64,000 nucleotides of DNA from Schmidtea nova (GCA_044892505.1 CM097883.1:292454001-292518000), one strand, 5' to 3'. Shown: positions 34,982-47,300, counted from the stretch's first letter. Program-made: numbers and translations. Notes: a model not told the origin generated them from the sequence alone.

Positions 34982-36043
34982 ATGGGAAATATCGAAGTAT
35001 GCTTACAGGAAATTACGATGCATCAAGCAGAAGCGATTAGCGATCATCTAGAACAGATTGAAATATGGGTCAATGCATATTATGGAAAGCCAGAGGAGAT
35101 AGAGAGACAAGCCGAATTATTAAAAGAAGCGGAAAGATCAAGTCAAAGAAATCGAGAAAAAATAGAAGAAGTATACAAAATGCTACAACAACAAAAGGAA
35201 TATTACCAGGGAATGATGAAAGAGCGACGAGAGGAAAGAGACAGACAGCAGATGGAAGCTGAACACAAGATGTATTCGATTACAGAACAAGCAAGATACT
35301 GGAAGAAAGAAGCGAAAGAATCTTACGAAAAAGCTAGAGGAATAATAGAAAAGACAGCTTATAGTGATGACTGGAAATTATATAAAGAAATCGACGAATT
35401 AAAAGACGAGTTAGAACAGAAAATACACCAAGAAGTGTTGAATAAGAGATGGAATACAAAGAGACAGCAATTTATCCGGGAACAAGCAAAGAAAATTAAA
35501 GGACTCACCTATCAAGTTCAAAGAATGGGAGAAGAACTAGATAATCAAGAACAACTGAAAATTATGCTCACCGGAATATGGAATCAGAAAGAAGAAGAGA
35601 TGAAGAGAGATATAAATGGTTATCAAGGAGTGATTACCCAGAAGAAAATAGAGCTAAAAAGAACCAGAGAAAGGTTAAAGGAAGAGAAACAAAGTTATGA
35701 GGAAAATTTAACGAATTTGATGAAAGAAAACGAAGAATTGAAACAGAAACGAGTAACAGTATCAGTAACACCCAAAGAAGCAAGTATAACGGCAGCCGTA
35801 ACAAAAATGATGAAAGAAGACGAACAAAAGACAAAAGCAATCGAATTAGAGAAGCAAATAGAAACATTAACAGAACAAGCAAATTACCTAGAATATTTGC
35901 TGGACGAGGAGATCCAGATATCTCACATGTATCGAGATGAAGTCGAAATGTGGAGGAGCAGGGTTGTTTGGATACCACTCCCCACGAACCAGGTAGAACC
36001 TCAGGACGAAGGTTTCTATGAACCAAATGAGACGATTGTGTAA
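34982..36043 (+). CDS. 353-aa coiled-coil protein, unknown function
   Basis: Long uninterrupted E/K/Q/R-rich ORF. Confidence 0.75.
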   Translation: MGNIEVCLQEITMHQAEAISDHLEQIEIWVNAYYGKPEEIERQAELLKEAERSSQRNREKIEEVYKMLQQQKEYYQGMMKERREERDRQQMEAEHKMYSITEQARYWKKEAKESYEKARGIIEKTAYSDDWKLYKEIDELKDELEQKIHQEVLNKRWNTKRQQFIREQAKKIKGLTYQVQRMGEELDNQEQLKIMLTGIWNQKEEEMKRDINGYQGVITQKKIELKRTRERLKEEKQSYEENLTNLMKENEELKQKRVTVSVTPKEASITAAVTKMMKEDEQKTKAIELEKQIETLTEQANYLEYLLDEEIQISHMYRDEVEMWRSRVVWIPLPTNQVEPQDEGFYEPNETIV

Positions 36044-36125
36044 ATAAAGCGGAAAATATATTTTTGTAAATAATTGTATGAAATGTAGTGTCAAATTGTA
36101 TTGACCTATCTGTAAAGAAAACAGT

Positions 36126-36697
36126 ATGAAAAAGCTCAGAATACCGATATTCCTATACCTAATAACAATCACCCTACAAAGAGAAGATCTTCAACTCACA
36201 GAGAAGGAGCTACGAGCCCTACCCGAGAAAACCTATCAAGAGCTAGATAAACTAATCAGCGAAGCAACACAAGAAATCACCCAACTTCAACAGATAACAT
36301 TAGACAACCCAAACGACGAAAAATTTCAACAGACCCTATATGAACATCGAATCAAATTGAAAACAATCAGAAAACCCTAAAAGAAGGTCGAGAACCCATA
36401 AAAAGCTTAGCCCAAGCAGAGATAGAATATCAAGAAAAATGGATCATCGCAATTATAATAATCCTTGCACTCAGCGTGACCATTATCGCGATCACAATCC
36501 TCATAACATCATACCGAGTGAAGATCCTAAAACAAAAACAAGTTATCCTGAATCGAACAACAATACAAGACATCAGAACCCAAAAGCGAATGAGAAAACA
36601 CCTAAACCGAATCCAAAGCCACTACGAACTACGAACAATCAGCGAAAGAACCCCAATCCAATCCAATACCAATCATGAAATCAAAGAGCTTGTGTAA
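36126..36697 (+). CDS. ~190-aa small type I membrane protein, reconstructed across a frameshift at ~36370
   Basis: Signal-like MKKLRIPIFLYLITITL; after the frame change ENPKRRSR (furin-like), then TM WIIAIIIILALSVTIIAITILIT and a basic tail. Confidence 0.55.
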
Positions 36698-36886
36698 AAC
36701 TGATAAATTACATTCACTTTATGTATGATCCACGTACAATTAACAATAATATGACTTTATGCTTAAGTATAAAAACTTATCACCTTATGTGATTCTTTGT
36801 GTATATGTAAATTGACATTTATCTGTTTAATTTTTATGTATGATGATATAGGTGTAAATGTATGATTAATTGCGGGACGCAATTTT

Positions 36887-36901
36887 GGGGTCCCCGAGTG
36901 A
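36887..36901 (+). promoter_or_regulatory. Atypical polypurine-tract position
   Basis: ggggtccccgagtga directly precedes the TG of the 3' LTR; not purely purine. Confidence 0.45.
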
Positions 36902-38289
36902 TGTTGGGCCAGCCAAATAGAGGGAAAAGTGAAATAAAAGTGGAATAATTAAAACAAAAAGAGAAAAATAAGGTAAAAAGGGGAATATTAATTTGTTAAA
37001 AGAAAAGAGTAATATAGTTAAAATATAGATAAATTAAGAACAAACTATAAATAAAAATAAATGAATTTCTAGATATTAACGGGCCCAGGAGACATCTAAA
37101 AACAAATAAAATACAAATAATAATAATTAAAACCAAATAAAAGTACTTGTTATTGAATAATTGTTTTTGAAACCCAGACCTCCGAGGAAGAATACAATCT
37201 AAAAAAAATAAAAATTAATTAGAATCAAAAATAATAATCAAACCCACCATGAAATTGGCCAAACTTGATTGGTCAGTCTAGACCCGACTGATCAGTATAA
37301 ATACTGATCAGATTTTGAACATAATCAGATTGTTAAGATTGAAATTGTTAACCCCAGACTAAGTTGAGTTACATAGCATAACCAGACTGAGATCAACAGC
37401 TTGACAGAATTTTTCAACACTACAGATTAATCTTTGACCAAATTTTGTTACAAGTAGACAGACTGAAATCAATATTCAAAATTCGATAAGCGAAAAACAG
37501 CAATCTATAACCGGATCAATTAGGTACTTTGGTTTCATTTTCGTTTTATTATTTTTGTCATTCGATTCATGTTGATCATTTATATGTATTTATATATTAG
37601 AAATAAATTTTATTAACATAATATCGAATTTTTCATCATATTAATTTTGCGCCGATTGGGAGCTTTAGGTTCCCAAGGTGTCAATCCGTGGCGTGGTGCT
37701 CGAGGGCTCCACACACGGTAAAGTAATAAATAAATTACGATTTTTAGTAGTTGAAGAGATTTGCACATGGGACACCCAACGAATCCGGGGAATTATTTTC
37801 CGATCATTTTAGCTATAGAGGAGGCGATTTTCAGATAAAGTCTAACGATGTAGGATAGGAAAGAATTTTTTTTTTTTTTTTGACTGTGAGGAGGCACAAT
37901 TTTTCACCCTCACCACAGCACAGTCACTAAATAAACATCTAATCAACCGTAGAAAATTATGTCGACCGCATTTGATACGAAAGGGGCGTTTTTCCGGGTA
38001 AGCTAGGAGGTACATGATGTGAGAGAGTTTCCGTTTTGAGATACAAATGTTTCGAGGTCCACGCAGACAAATCACCAATTTTCGACTATATTATTGATCG
38101 TAAACCGATAAATCTAAGCAGACACGAGAGTAATGTATACCGTAACGAGCAACAGTTTTTTCTTGATTTCAGTTAAGGTCTAAGCCGAAGGCAAATAATA
38201 AAGGCATCACGATGAGAGATAACATCTACTATAATTAATTATTGATTTAAATTGTTAACTATTATAAAATTCAGCATCGTTCTAGTATC

Positions 38290-38766
38290 ATGACTAAACA
38301 CAGATTCACCATCAAAAAGCGACGAGAACGAGCCCGAATTAGCCCATTAAAGCCGGCTCCATTTGAAATTTTGCAACAAATCCATCAAAAAATGTGGGCA
38401 TGGCGCCGAGAGCTTGAAACCGCATGTCCATTTACAGTATGGGACCATCCACGGCATCACGTATGGTACCCGGGATGCGCTAGCTGGCCAATCATTCCAG
38501 ACGAGGAATTCGAATCATGGCACGCCGCCTGGTTCGTCCTGATGTTAGATAAACGGGGATTCCCGAGATGTGTAATCTATTGGGGGTTCATTCCAGCCTC
38601 CACATTCAAGGAATTGGGGTTCACTTTCCATACAGCAATACGACCCCTTCGGGAAGCCGAGAGGATCCGTTTTCAGCAGGCCTCGTCCAACTCCACTGGA
38701 ATCAGCTCTCATCTACAAATCAGATCGATATTTTCGTACCGAGGGAAAGTGACCGAAGATGGATAG
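38290..38766 (+). CDS. LTR ORF1 copy in the 3' LTR
   Basis: Protein identical to 12945-13421. Confidence 0.65.
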   Translation: MTKHRFTIKKRRERARISPLKPAPFEILQQIHQKMWAWRRELETACPFTVWDHPRHHVWYPGCASWPIIPDEEFESWHAAWFVLMLDKRGFPRCVIYWGFIPASTFKELGFTFHTAIRPLREAERIRFQQASSNSTGISSHLQIRSIFSYRGKVTEDG

Positions 38767-39102
38767 TTGAATCAATGGCCACCTGTTCTAAATTAAATAA
38801 ATGTTTTAGAGAAATCTGAAGTGTTTCATTTTGTTAATAGCGCTATAATGTAGATGAGAAATTTATTAACCTCTAGTGTTGTAGATATTACAGTCAGTAG
38901 GACATTCTTTCACTAATGTAAAACAGTTGAGTAAGAATTTTGAGCCTCCAATCATTAAATAGAAAAATAATTTTTGTGTAAAGATTTAATACTTAAACAC
39001 AGTAGTATGCATTTTTGCTCCTAAATCGTAAATAGTCACTTAATTAAAATGACCTTGTTGATAGGTTCTCCAGCGAATTTATCGTTATAATATTCAGACA
39101 TC

Positions 39103-39687
39103 ATGCCGGTTTCAGAAAACTCGAAGAGAATCATGGGACAAATCCAAGATAGAAAGTTGAGGGACCAGCAGCGGCAGATCAAGCGACTCACGGTCGCCAA
39201 TGATGAATTGAGAGCGAAGTGGTTCTCGCCCGAACAAATGAAGGACCAATCGAAAAAACTCGAGCGAATGCAGGAAGCACTGGCCGCAACTAAATTGGAA
39301 CTAGACGCCGTCCAGAGAGAACTACGAAATTGCCTAAAGGCAGTAACAAGAAGTTATATCGACTCCGAATTACGAGCGCTAATCCGGCTGATCACGGCTC
39401 AGCGCTGGACACAAAGTACTTATCAAGATGTCGCTTGCGGGACGGAAGATGGTATCATCATGGCCCCCACTCTTGTAACGCCCGATTTGCCTACTTTTCA
39501 CAGTGATCCATCGAGAACAATGGCGTCAGCACCTGTCCTAAACCAACAGCTTCGAAAACACCGAATGGGATCGCGACAGCGTCGTCGTCGCCGAGAATTT
39601 GCGAAGCGCCTGGACGAGCAAATCCACCACTTGAACTCCTTAACCGAAGCGGAGTTGATTCAGGAGATTAGTCTGGAGTTTGCGTAG
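39103..39687 (+). CDS. LTR ORF2 copy in the 3' LTR
   Basis: Four amino-acid differences from 13758-14342 (T>A, P>L, M>T, A>P). Confidence 0.8.
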   Translation: MPVSENSKRIMGQIQDRKLRDQQRQIKRLTVANDELRAKWFSPEQMKDQSKKLERMQEALAATKLELDAVQRELRNCLKAVTRSYIDSELRALIRLITAQRWTQSTYQDVACGTEDGIIMAPTLVTPDLPTFHSDPSRTMASAPVLNQQLRKHRMGSRQRRRRREFAKRLDEQIHHLNSLTEAELIQEISLEFA

Positions 39688-41015
39688 GAAAACATCAGTG
39701 TCAGATAACAACCTGTTTTTTTTTTATTTTAATAAAAGTGTTTTTTGTGTAAATTTTGTCTCTCATCGTGTGATTTCACTAAATAAAATAAATGACTCGA
39801 TTAAATCATAGAAATAGAAAATCTCATCAGTATTTTTCTCGGACCGACCGTTTCTACGTAGAGACTGATTAATTACCTTGTAGATCCGTTAAGGAAAGTG
39901 CAATTGGGGAAAGCGGGTGATAGATCATGAGGACAGGTAGTATAAAATTCATGGGGAAACGAACATCCATAGAATGTAAATGCGTAAGACCTTCTATCGG
40001 CAGCAAGGACCCGAGGGAAGATAAATGGGGAGTAGTTTTGGCAACAAAGCTCACCTGCCCATCATTTTTCCACCACTGTATGCAGTACCAACTTGACTAG
40101 TAGGGAATAGGCAAGGGCATACGCGTGTAGTAGTCATGTTATGTATGGTTATGGGCGTGGAATCCCTAGTATACGTACTCATCAATAGTCGTTCAATTTA
40201 TGATTAACTATTTATTTGAATTACTTAAAACCCACCCATAATCCCAACATAAATATATTTGATGGGTTCGCAGATGATGAATACAAAATGACCTCAGTTC
40301 CATAAAGCCAGCAATGAATGAAAATTAAAAACGTGATCAGTCTAGCATTTTTCTATGTTTCGTGTAATTAAAAATGTTTAATAATAAATTTTTTGATGTC
40401 TCAGCAAAAAATAAATGCTACTTAATAACTTTTGACAAGTATTATATCGCTTTTTACAATCTTATTTGTTTTTGCCTATTTATTTAATCAAGTTTTGCTT
40501 TGATTACTTTCTGATTTTCCTTTCAGTGTTGATGTACATAGCTTAAAACTGATTTAAGATAAAAAAACAAAATTTAAAATTTCAGAAGAATCTGGACGTG
40601 TAGGATCAAAATGGATTCCATTTTCTTAATCACCTCAAAAATCTGATCTAGAAAAATCTAATGCTGTTAATTGAATCTAAAAAAAGTTTTTTGTTGCCCA
40701 GTGTAATTTATTAAATATATAGGTTTTTTTTATTATCAAATATTAACTTAAAATATATATGTGATTGGAAATTTCAAATACTCGAATACTAACAAAAATT
40801 GAACTGAATTATTCCTTGCTAGAGACGATGCTAAAATTGAGTTTTCTTCAAGAATAATTTTTATTACTTCATGTTTCGACATTATTGATAAAAGATTCTA
40901 GAGTTAAAAATTAAAAATAATGGTTTTAAATTAATTAAATATACTTTAAAGATAATACATTTTTATATTATTTTTATTTTTGGGATAAAATCCGCCTAAT
41001 AAAATGAAAGAAACT

Positions 41016-41248
41016 TTCAAAATATATAGAAATCAATATAATAAAAGTGTGTGTGCTAGCAGAATTAATATAAATCAAATAAAAAATATAAACTAAATCT
41101 GATTAGTTAATGAAATATTTCAAATATATAAATTATATATTTGAACTATTTAATTAACTAATCAGATTTCGATTATATTTTTTATTTGATTTATATTAAT
41201 TATGCTAGCACACACACTTTTATTATAATTATTTCTATATATTTTGAA
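41016..41248. repeat. Imperfect foldback palindrome / MITE-like element, ~115-bp arms
   Basis: ttcaaaatatatagaaat...aaagtgtgtgtgctagca... mirrored by ...tgctagcacacacactttt...atttctatatattttgaa. Confidence 0.85.
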
Positions 41249-41380
41249 TATTTTTTATTGTAACGACTCGCCTCGTATCATGACGAAAACTACCATTATT
41301 CGATAAAAAGTTACTATTCCCACACCCATAACCGCATCACTTACCTAATATGTCCCTTCTGTAAAATCACTAGTGTTTTG

Positions 41381-41428
<48 letters not shown>

Positions 41429-41899
41429 TTATATTCTCCATAAGGAACATTTGAATCAATTTCAATGTTCGAAAAAATCAATTTTTAAATAACCACGTGA
41501 TAATAATAATAATAAAAGAAAAATAATAATCTGTGATCCAATCTCATCTAAAATGATAAATTAAAATAATAACTATGATATAATTTACATCAGTGACGAC
41601 GATACTCTTTCCGTTTACGAACCCATCATAGATGTTCAATATGGTTGTTCTCTTTTTCCTAATATTTCAAACATAAAATTCAACTTGCGTAAATCATATG
41701 TCATTGTTAAAATGATGGTTTCCAACTTAGGTTTAAAAACTTAAGTATGACGTACCTAATATTTTAACGGAAAAATTAAATGAAACCATAAATGAAATGG
41801 GTCCAATCAAAATACTATTTTGTATTGATGTAGACTTTGAAAAGATTGTGAATTTTAATCATTCATCATTTCAAACTTGCAAGATCCGTGAGTATTACT

Positions 41900-42700
41900 G
41901 ATCTTAATGAAAAATTAACATTAATTAACAACAATGGGAGTAATTCGGTTATTAACAAACTCAACGGAATTCATTTTGCATTGACAAAATTTGCCCAAAT
42001 AATTCGTTGAAGTGGGTGTGGATATGTTGAAACCCATCAATCTTTACAATTAAAAGATTGTACTGTTAATGTAATTAACCCTGATGATTTGTGTTTCATT
42101 TATAGGATTTTAGCTATTTTGAAATAGAACGCGGTTGATAATAATTGAAATAGGGCCAATAATTGTAATATTGCTGATCTTGACTTTGACCCTTCTTAAA
42201 TGACCATGAGACTGTAATATAACAAAATTCGAGGCTATAAACCACGGACTTGCTATTAACATTTCTTCTTACGATGATGATGCTCTTCTTCATATTTTGG
42301 CCAATCCTGAAGTTTCCAAACACCCTTATGTCGATATTATCCACAAGTCGAAAGATGCTGGGGGAATTCCAATCAATTTAATTTTATTGGAAAGTGGTGA
42401 CGCATATCATTATATTGTAGTCACCGATCTTGATAAACTTTTAAATGACAATAAATCTCTTTCTGTTGCTCGTGTTCAAAGTATATGGTATCATCGATGC
42501 TTGAATGGATTTCCAAAACCTGAAGCATTCGATTTTCATCAACAGTTGTGAGCTAAAAATGAATTGGCACAACTTTCTATACTCTTCTTAAATTAAAAGT
42601 TATAATTTAAAAACTGGGCCAAAATAACTACTCTACCTTCTGTTCTACACGCCGATTTAGAGACAATCTTACCTACTAATGCCAAATATTTTCAAAGGAA
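41900..42700 (+). pseudogene. Maverick pPolB N-terminal region remnant
   Basis: SGCGYVE...VNVINPDDLCFIYRILA; INLILLESGDAYHYIVVTDLDKLL...HRCLNGF; LHADLETIL. Confidence 0.7.
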
Positions 42701-43453
42701 TATTCCCATCTCTGTAGTGTTTTACTTGTAAATAACTTTACTTGTGAAAAACATTTTCTAAAGAAACTTTTGTGAAGAAATTTTTCATGTTATGAGATTT
42801 TTAAGTATTCTTGTTCGCAATTCAATTCTTAATATATCAGCATTAAAAATATTTATTTTCGACTCATTTTTAATTTTTGGAAATCGTGAAAGTCGACCCA
42901 TTTTACGCGGGGAATCGTCCTCGGAAAACTGACTTTTAAAATTATCCATGTTTTTCTAAATTTGCTGAAAAGATTTTGAAAAAAAATATTAAATTTGAAA
43001 GTTTTTAAAAAACTTTGAAAAATAAAATTCAATAAAAATAAAAATCTTTTATTATTACATCATCGTTTATGTAATGAATAATGTTACATCATTAGTAATA
43101 TAACGAAATGTTATATAATCGATTCTGTGACAAATTATACAAATATAAAATATTACGTAATACATACATTTTTACGTAGTTATATAGCATTTCATAATTT
43201 TACATAACATCTTCCCCAAAGAAATTAGGAATACGGGGTTGGGGTAAGCTGTATAAATATTATATAATTTCATACAATCTAGCGCAAAATGGTTTGTGTC
43301 ACAAGTACGACGGACAATTAAACCTGCGGGTAACGAGCACCCTCGCGCGTTTGCAGTTTTAGATAAAAATTTCTTCTCAAATACCACAGCAAAATTGCAC
43401 CAGCTTTTCAATCAACCAAATAAATTATTAAAAATAAGAAATAATTTTTAAAA

Positions 43454-43640
43454 NNNNNNNNNNNNNNNNNNNNNNNNNNNNNNNNNNNNNNNNNNNNNNN
43501 NNNNNNNNNNNNNNNNNNNNNNNNNNNNNNNNNNNNNNNNNNNNNNNNNNNNNNNNNNNNNNNNNNNNNNNNNNNNNNNNNNNNNNNNNNNNNNNNNNNN
43601 NNNNNNNNNNNNNNNNNNNNNNNNNNNNNNNNNNNNNNNN
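43454..43640. other. Assembly gap
   Basis: Run of N. Confidence 1.
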
Positions 43641-43764
43641 TTATTTCAAACAAAATGCCTTTTATTTGACAAATAATAGTTCAAGATCACATTATTTTAG
43701 CAAAATAAATACTGAAATCCTTTTGACAATAAATAAAATTCAAATTCAAAACTGAAAAGTAATG

Positions 43765-44367
43765 NNNNNNNNNNNNNNNNNNNNNNNNNNNNNNNNNNNN
43801 NNNNNNNNNNNNNNNNNNNNNNNNNNNNNNNNNNNNNNNNNNNNNNNNNNNNNNNNNNNNNNNNNNNNNNNNNNNNNNNNNNNNNNNNNNNNNNNNNNNN
43901 NNNNNNNNNNNNNNNNNNNNNNNNNNNNNNNNNNNNNNNNNNNNNNNNNNNNNNNNNNNNNNNNNNNNNNNNNNNNNNNNNNNNNNNNNNNNNNNNNNNN
44001 NNNNNNNNNNNNNNNNNNNNNNNNNNNNNNNNNNNNNNNNNNNNNNNNNNNNNNNNNNNNNNNNNNNNNNNNNNNNNNNNNNNNNNNNNNNNNNNNNNNN
44101 NNNNNNNNNNNNNNNNNNNNNNNNNNNNNNNNNNNNNNNNNNNNNNNNNNNNNNNNNNNNNNNNNNNNNNNNNNNNNNNNNNNNNNNNNNNNNNNNNNNN
44201 NNNNNNNNNNNNNNNNNNNNNNNNNNNNNNNNNNNNNNNNNNNNNNNNNNNNNNNNNNNNNNNNNNNNNNNNNNNNNNNNNNNNNNNNNNNNNNNNNNNN
44301 NNNNNNNNNNNNNNNNNNNNNNNNNNNNNNNNNNNNNNNNNNNNNNNNNNNNNNNNNNNNNNNNNNN
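43765..44367. other. Assembly gap
   Basis: Run of N. Confidence 1.
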
Positions 44368-47300
44368 ATTGATATTTATTTAATACAATATTAAATGAAT
44401 ACCTGTTATACCATTTGTAGTGCAATTACTCAACAAATTACAAAGAGTATCTCCAATGGGCAACAACAGAGAATTATATTTGGGTAATAATAACAATATT
44501 ATTAATAATATTTTTTGAGGCATTTATAAATTTATCAAATATAGTTCCATTAAATAGCTCTCATAGTTCAATTGTCCTGGTAACTAACAAAATATCTGAT
44601 CAGATTATCAACGGAGACCAGAAAAAAATAATATTTTATAAACCGTCATAATGAATTATAATAATTAAATTTTACAAAAACATGCATTGGTTGTTTGATA
44701 GGAATATTTTCTATATTGTCAGTTTTAAAAATATTTAGCTAAATGTTGATTTCTTTTCAAAAATGATAAGATATGTTTTCTTTACATTTTAACTGAAAAA
44801 TTATATTAATTAAATATTATTGACATTAACTTCTCTTATTTTTACCTTTGATCTTTTCATTTCAATTTCAGAAATTTTCATTTTTAGTAAACTAAATCAA
44901 ATTTTATTTATTTTAAAAATACACCAATTTTTGGCACCTTTTTTCCATTATGTATAATTTATAAAATAATTTCTTAGAAACCTCTAAGCCAGAAATAACC
45001 AGAAAAATGGACCAAGGACCCGATAGAAAATTATGATATATTCACATTCCAATTTACTTTCTTAACGAAAATAATTTTGTTTTTCTTCAGTCTTTTCATT
45101 CAAACCGTCCTTTTCATTTCTTTTGTTGACCTAATTCAAAACATGCCTAAAATGATTTTGCGTTTTTTAATTTTTAATTTATTCCTCAATTCGAGGGTAT
45201 TTTACGTTATTCGATATCCGAATATTTCATAGTCGAAACGTTTATATTCACCTTGATTTTTTAGTTCTTATAGTTTTTTTTAGCAGCCCGAATAATGTCT
45301 GTAAGGAATCTAGATGGTAACACTTATATTCATATGACTTTAAATTTGCTGTCACTCGTTGTCAAGTTTTGCTTTTTTAAAAACAACATATTCTTCTTTA
45401 TTTAATAAAATAACAACGTATATTTTTCTATTGTTAACCTTTTGGAAAATAATAACGTATATATAATTTAAATTCTATGTTTTACTAAGGTGTAAGTGAA
45501 TTTATATATAATTGATCTCTGTAATATTATTTAACGAGATGATATCTGTAATATTTGATATTTATATTGTGTTTTCTTTTATTATAGATATGTATAATGT
45601 AATTAAACATATGTATAAAAGAAATTAATAGAGCCCAGCAGCGCCACCAGTAAAAAAGTATCAGGACAGCTATGATGAGATGTATGTATTTTGGTTTTGT
45701 TTGTGTGCATGCTTGTGTATGTATTTAAAAAACCAAAAAAATTTATGATTAAATTTATAAATTTTATTCCAAGAAAAATAACAAAATGTAAAAATCGTGT
45801 ACTCACAGATATTTTAAATAATCGTTTATATTAGTAAGGAATTTGGATATATGTTAGTTTTTGAATTCTCCGGTTTCTCCGGGTTTTCCCTTTTTTAAAT
45901 TACTCGTCTCCTTATTTCCAATCGATTCGTTTTAAATTTTTATTTCATGTTCAATTTTTATATTTCTTAAATATTTTCCATAGTTAGTTATTTGACAATA
46001 TTACTTAGTAATTTATTTTTTCTTAAAGGTTTAACTTTCTTTAATTATTTTTTTTGTTTCTAATTACTTGTTTCTTTTCTTCTGTTCTATTGTCTCTGTA
46101 ATGTGATGTTAAATGATTGTTTGTTATAATTATTTTGATGTTTTATGTTATTTTAGTGTGTGTTGATGTGGAAGATTGAAGAGCCCAATAGAATCTCCAG
46201 TAAAAACTGTGTCGGGACTGTTGGGGTGAATGTTATGTAATTGGGGTGTATGCGTGTGAGTGTGTGTTTCTTTACAAATATAGTTGAATTAAAAATGAAT
46301 AAAAAATAAAACAATTTACAATAAGTTTTTTTCTATTAACAACTTTGTAACGATCAAAATATTATACTCACGTAAAAATTAATTCATAAATTTTTCTTTA
46401 CTACTTCATAAAAAATTCATAAATCTTTCTTTCGTAAAATAATTCATTTCTATTCAAATTTTTCAAATTTTTCATTTAATTTTTTTTTGATCAATTTTTT
46501 TGCAATTTTCTTTTTGCTTAACTATAGGAATTGATAATTTATTTTAAAGTTTAATTATAATTAAAGAATTAGATGGCTACAATGATGAAACGATTTCTCG
46601 CATTAGTGATTGCATTAATCTTGCATTAGTTGAACTGGGAATACTAACTGTTTCTGAGCGGCTTTACGTGCCACCCCTTGTACTGGAACCACATGAAATA
46701 GCAGTAAAAGGCGAGTGGTGCAACACTTGTTAAGGCTGAAGGTGTCACAAATTTTCATGTATTAGATTATCTACAAATAAAACGAATTTAGTTCAAAACT
46801 ATTTCTTAAAATTGAAAAACGAATGAACGAAATAAGAAACAAAGCTTTGTTAGAACCGGAATTGTACCAAAATCAACAACATTTTTCAGTTACACAACAA
46901 AACGTGCTGCTAATAATAATGTTGAGTTAGATGAATGTGACGATGAGGCAGATGAAGTTGTTGCATTAGATGGTAGAAATGAAAATGTTTCTATTACCGA
47001 GGAATCTTTAAAAGAAAAACAACAACAACTGCTATTTTTTCCATAACATCTGCAACAAATCTCACTGTGAAAATAATAGAAATTTAATTTATATAAAAAT
47101 TTGTAAAATTAGGCAATTTCAAAAAAGGTACTGACAAACTGGTGATTCTGTTCATGGTCTATTGACAATCAGCCCAACAGCAACTATTACCGAAAGGGAA
47201 TTTTCTGCTATCGTCCCAAATTATTTTATCCTAAAAATTTTTCATTACTGCAACTGCCATACACAGACACTATAAATATAATTAAGAGTTTGCATTTGTA

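Larger units (their letters stand above)
11553..40249 (+). mobile_element. Giant Ty3/gypsy LTR retroelement with envelope and host-derived cargo (~28.7 kb)
   Basis: Paired LTRs, 7-bp terminal inverted repeat TGTTGGG/CCCAACA, TAAA TSD (11549-11552 and 40250-40253), PBS, PR-RT-RH-IN order. Confidence 0.97.
36902..40249 (+). repeat. 3' LTR, 3348 bp
   Basis: Direct repeat of 11553-14903. Confidence 0.97.
8325..40703 (-). mobile_element. Chapaev3-like (CMC) DNA transposon, internally deleted; host of the hAT and giant LTR insertions
   Basis: TIRs cactggtcaacaaa (8325) and tttgttgcccagtg (ends 40703); TAA 3-bp TSD at 8322-8324 and 40704-40706; Chapa-type zinc finger FCYTCG...CTNC...W...HTTDCHFC. 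Confidence 0.75.

Noticed and set aside
17193-36172. Dozens of minus-strand and alternate-frame ORFs within the giant element
   Set aside because: Shadows of the strongly A-rich sense strand (F/L/S/V-rich, no motifs)
46560-47240. Possible degenerate hAT or other transposase relic
   Set aside because: Only faint motif echoes (INLAL, TEREFS), no open frame or termini
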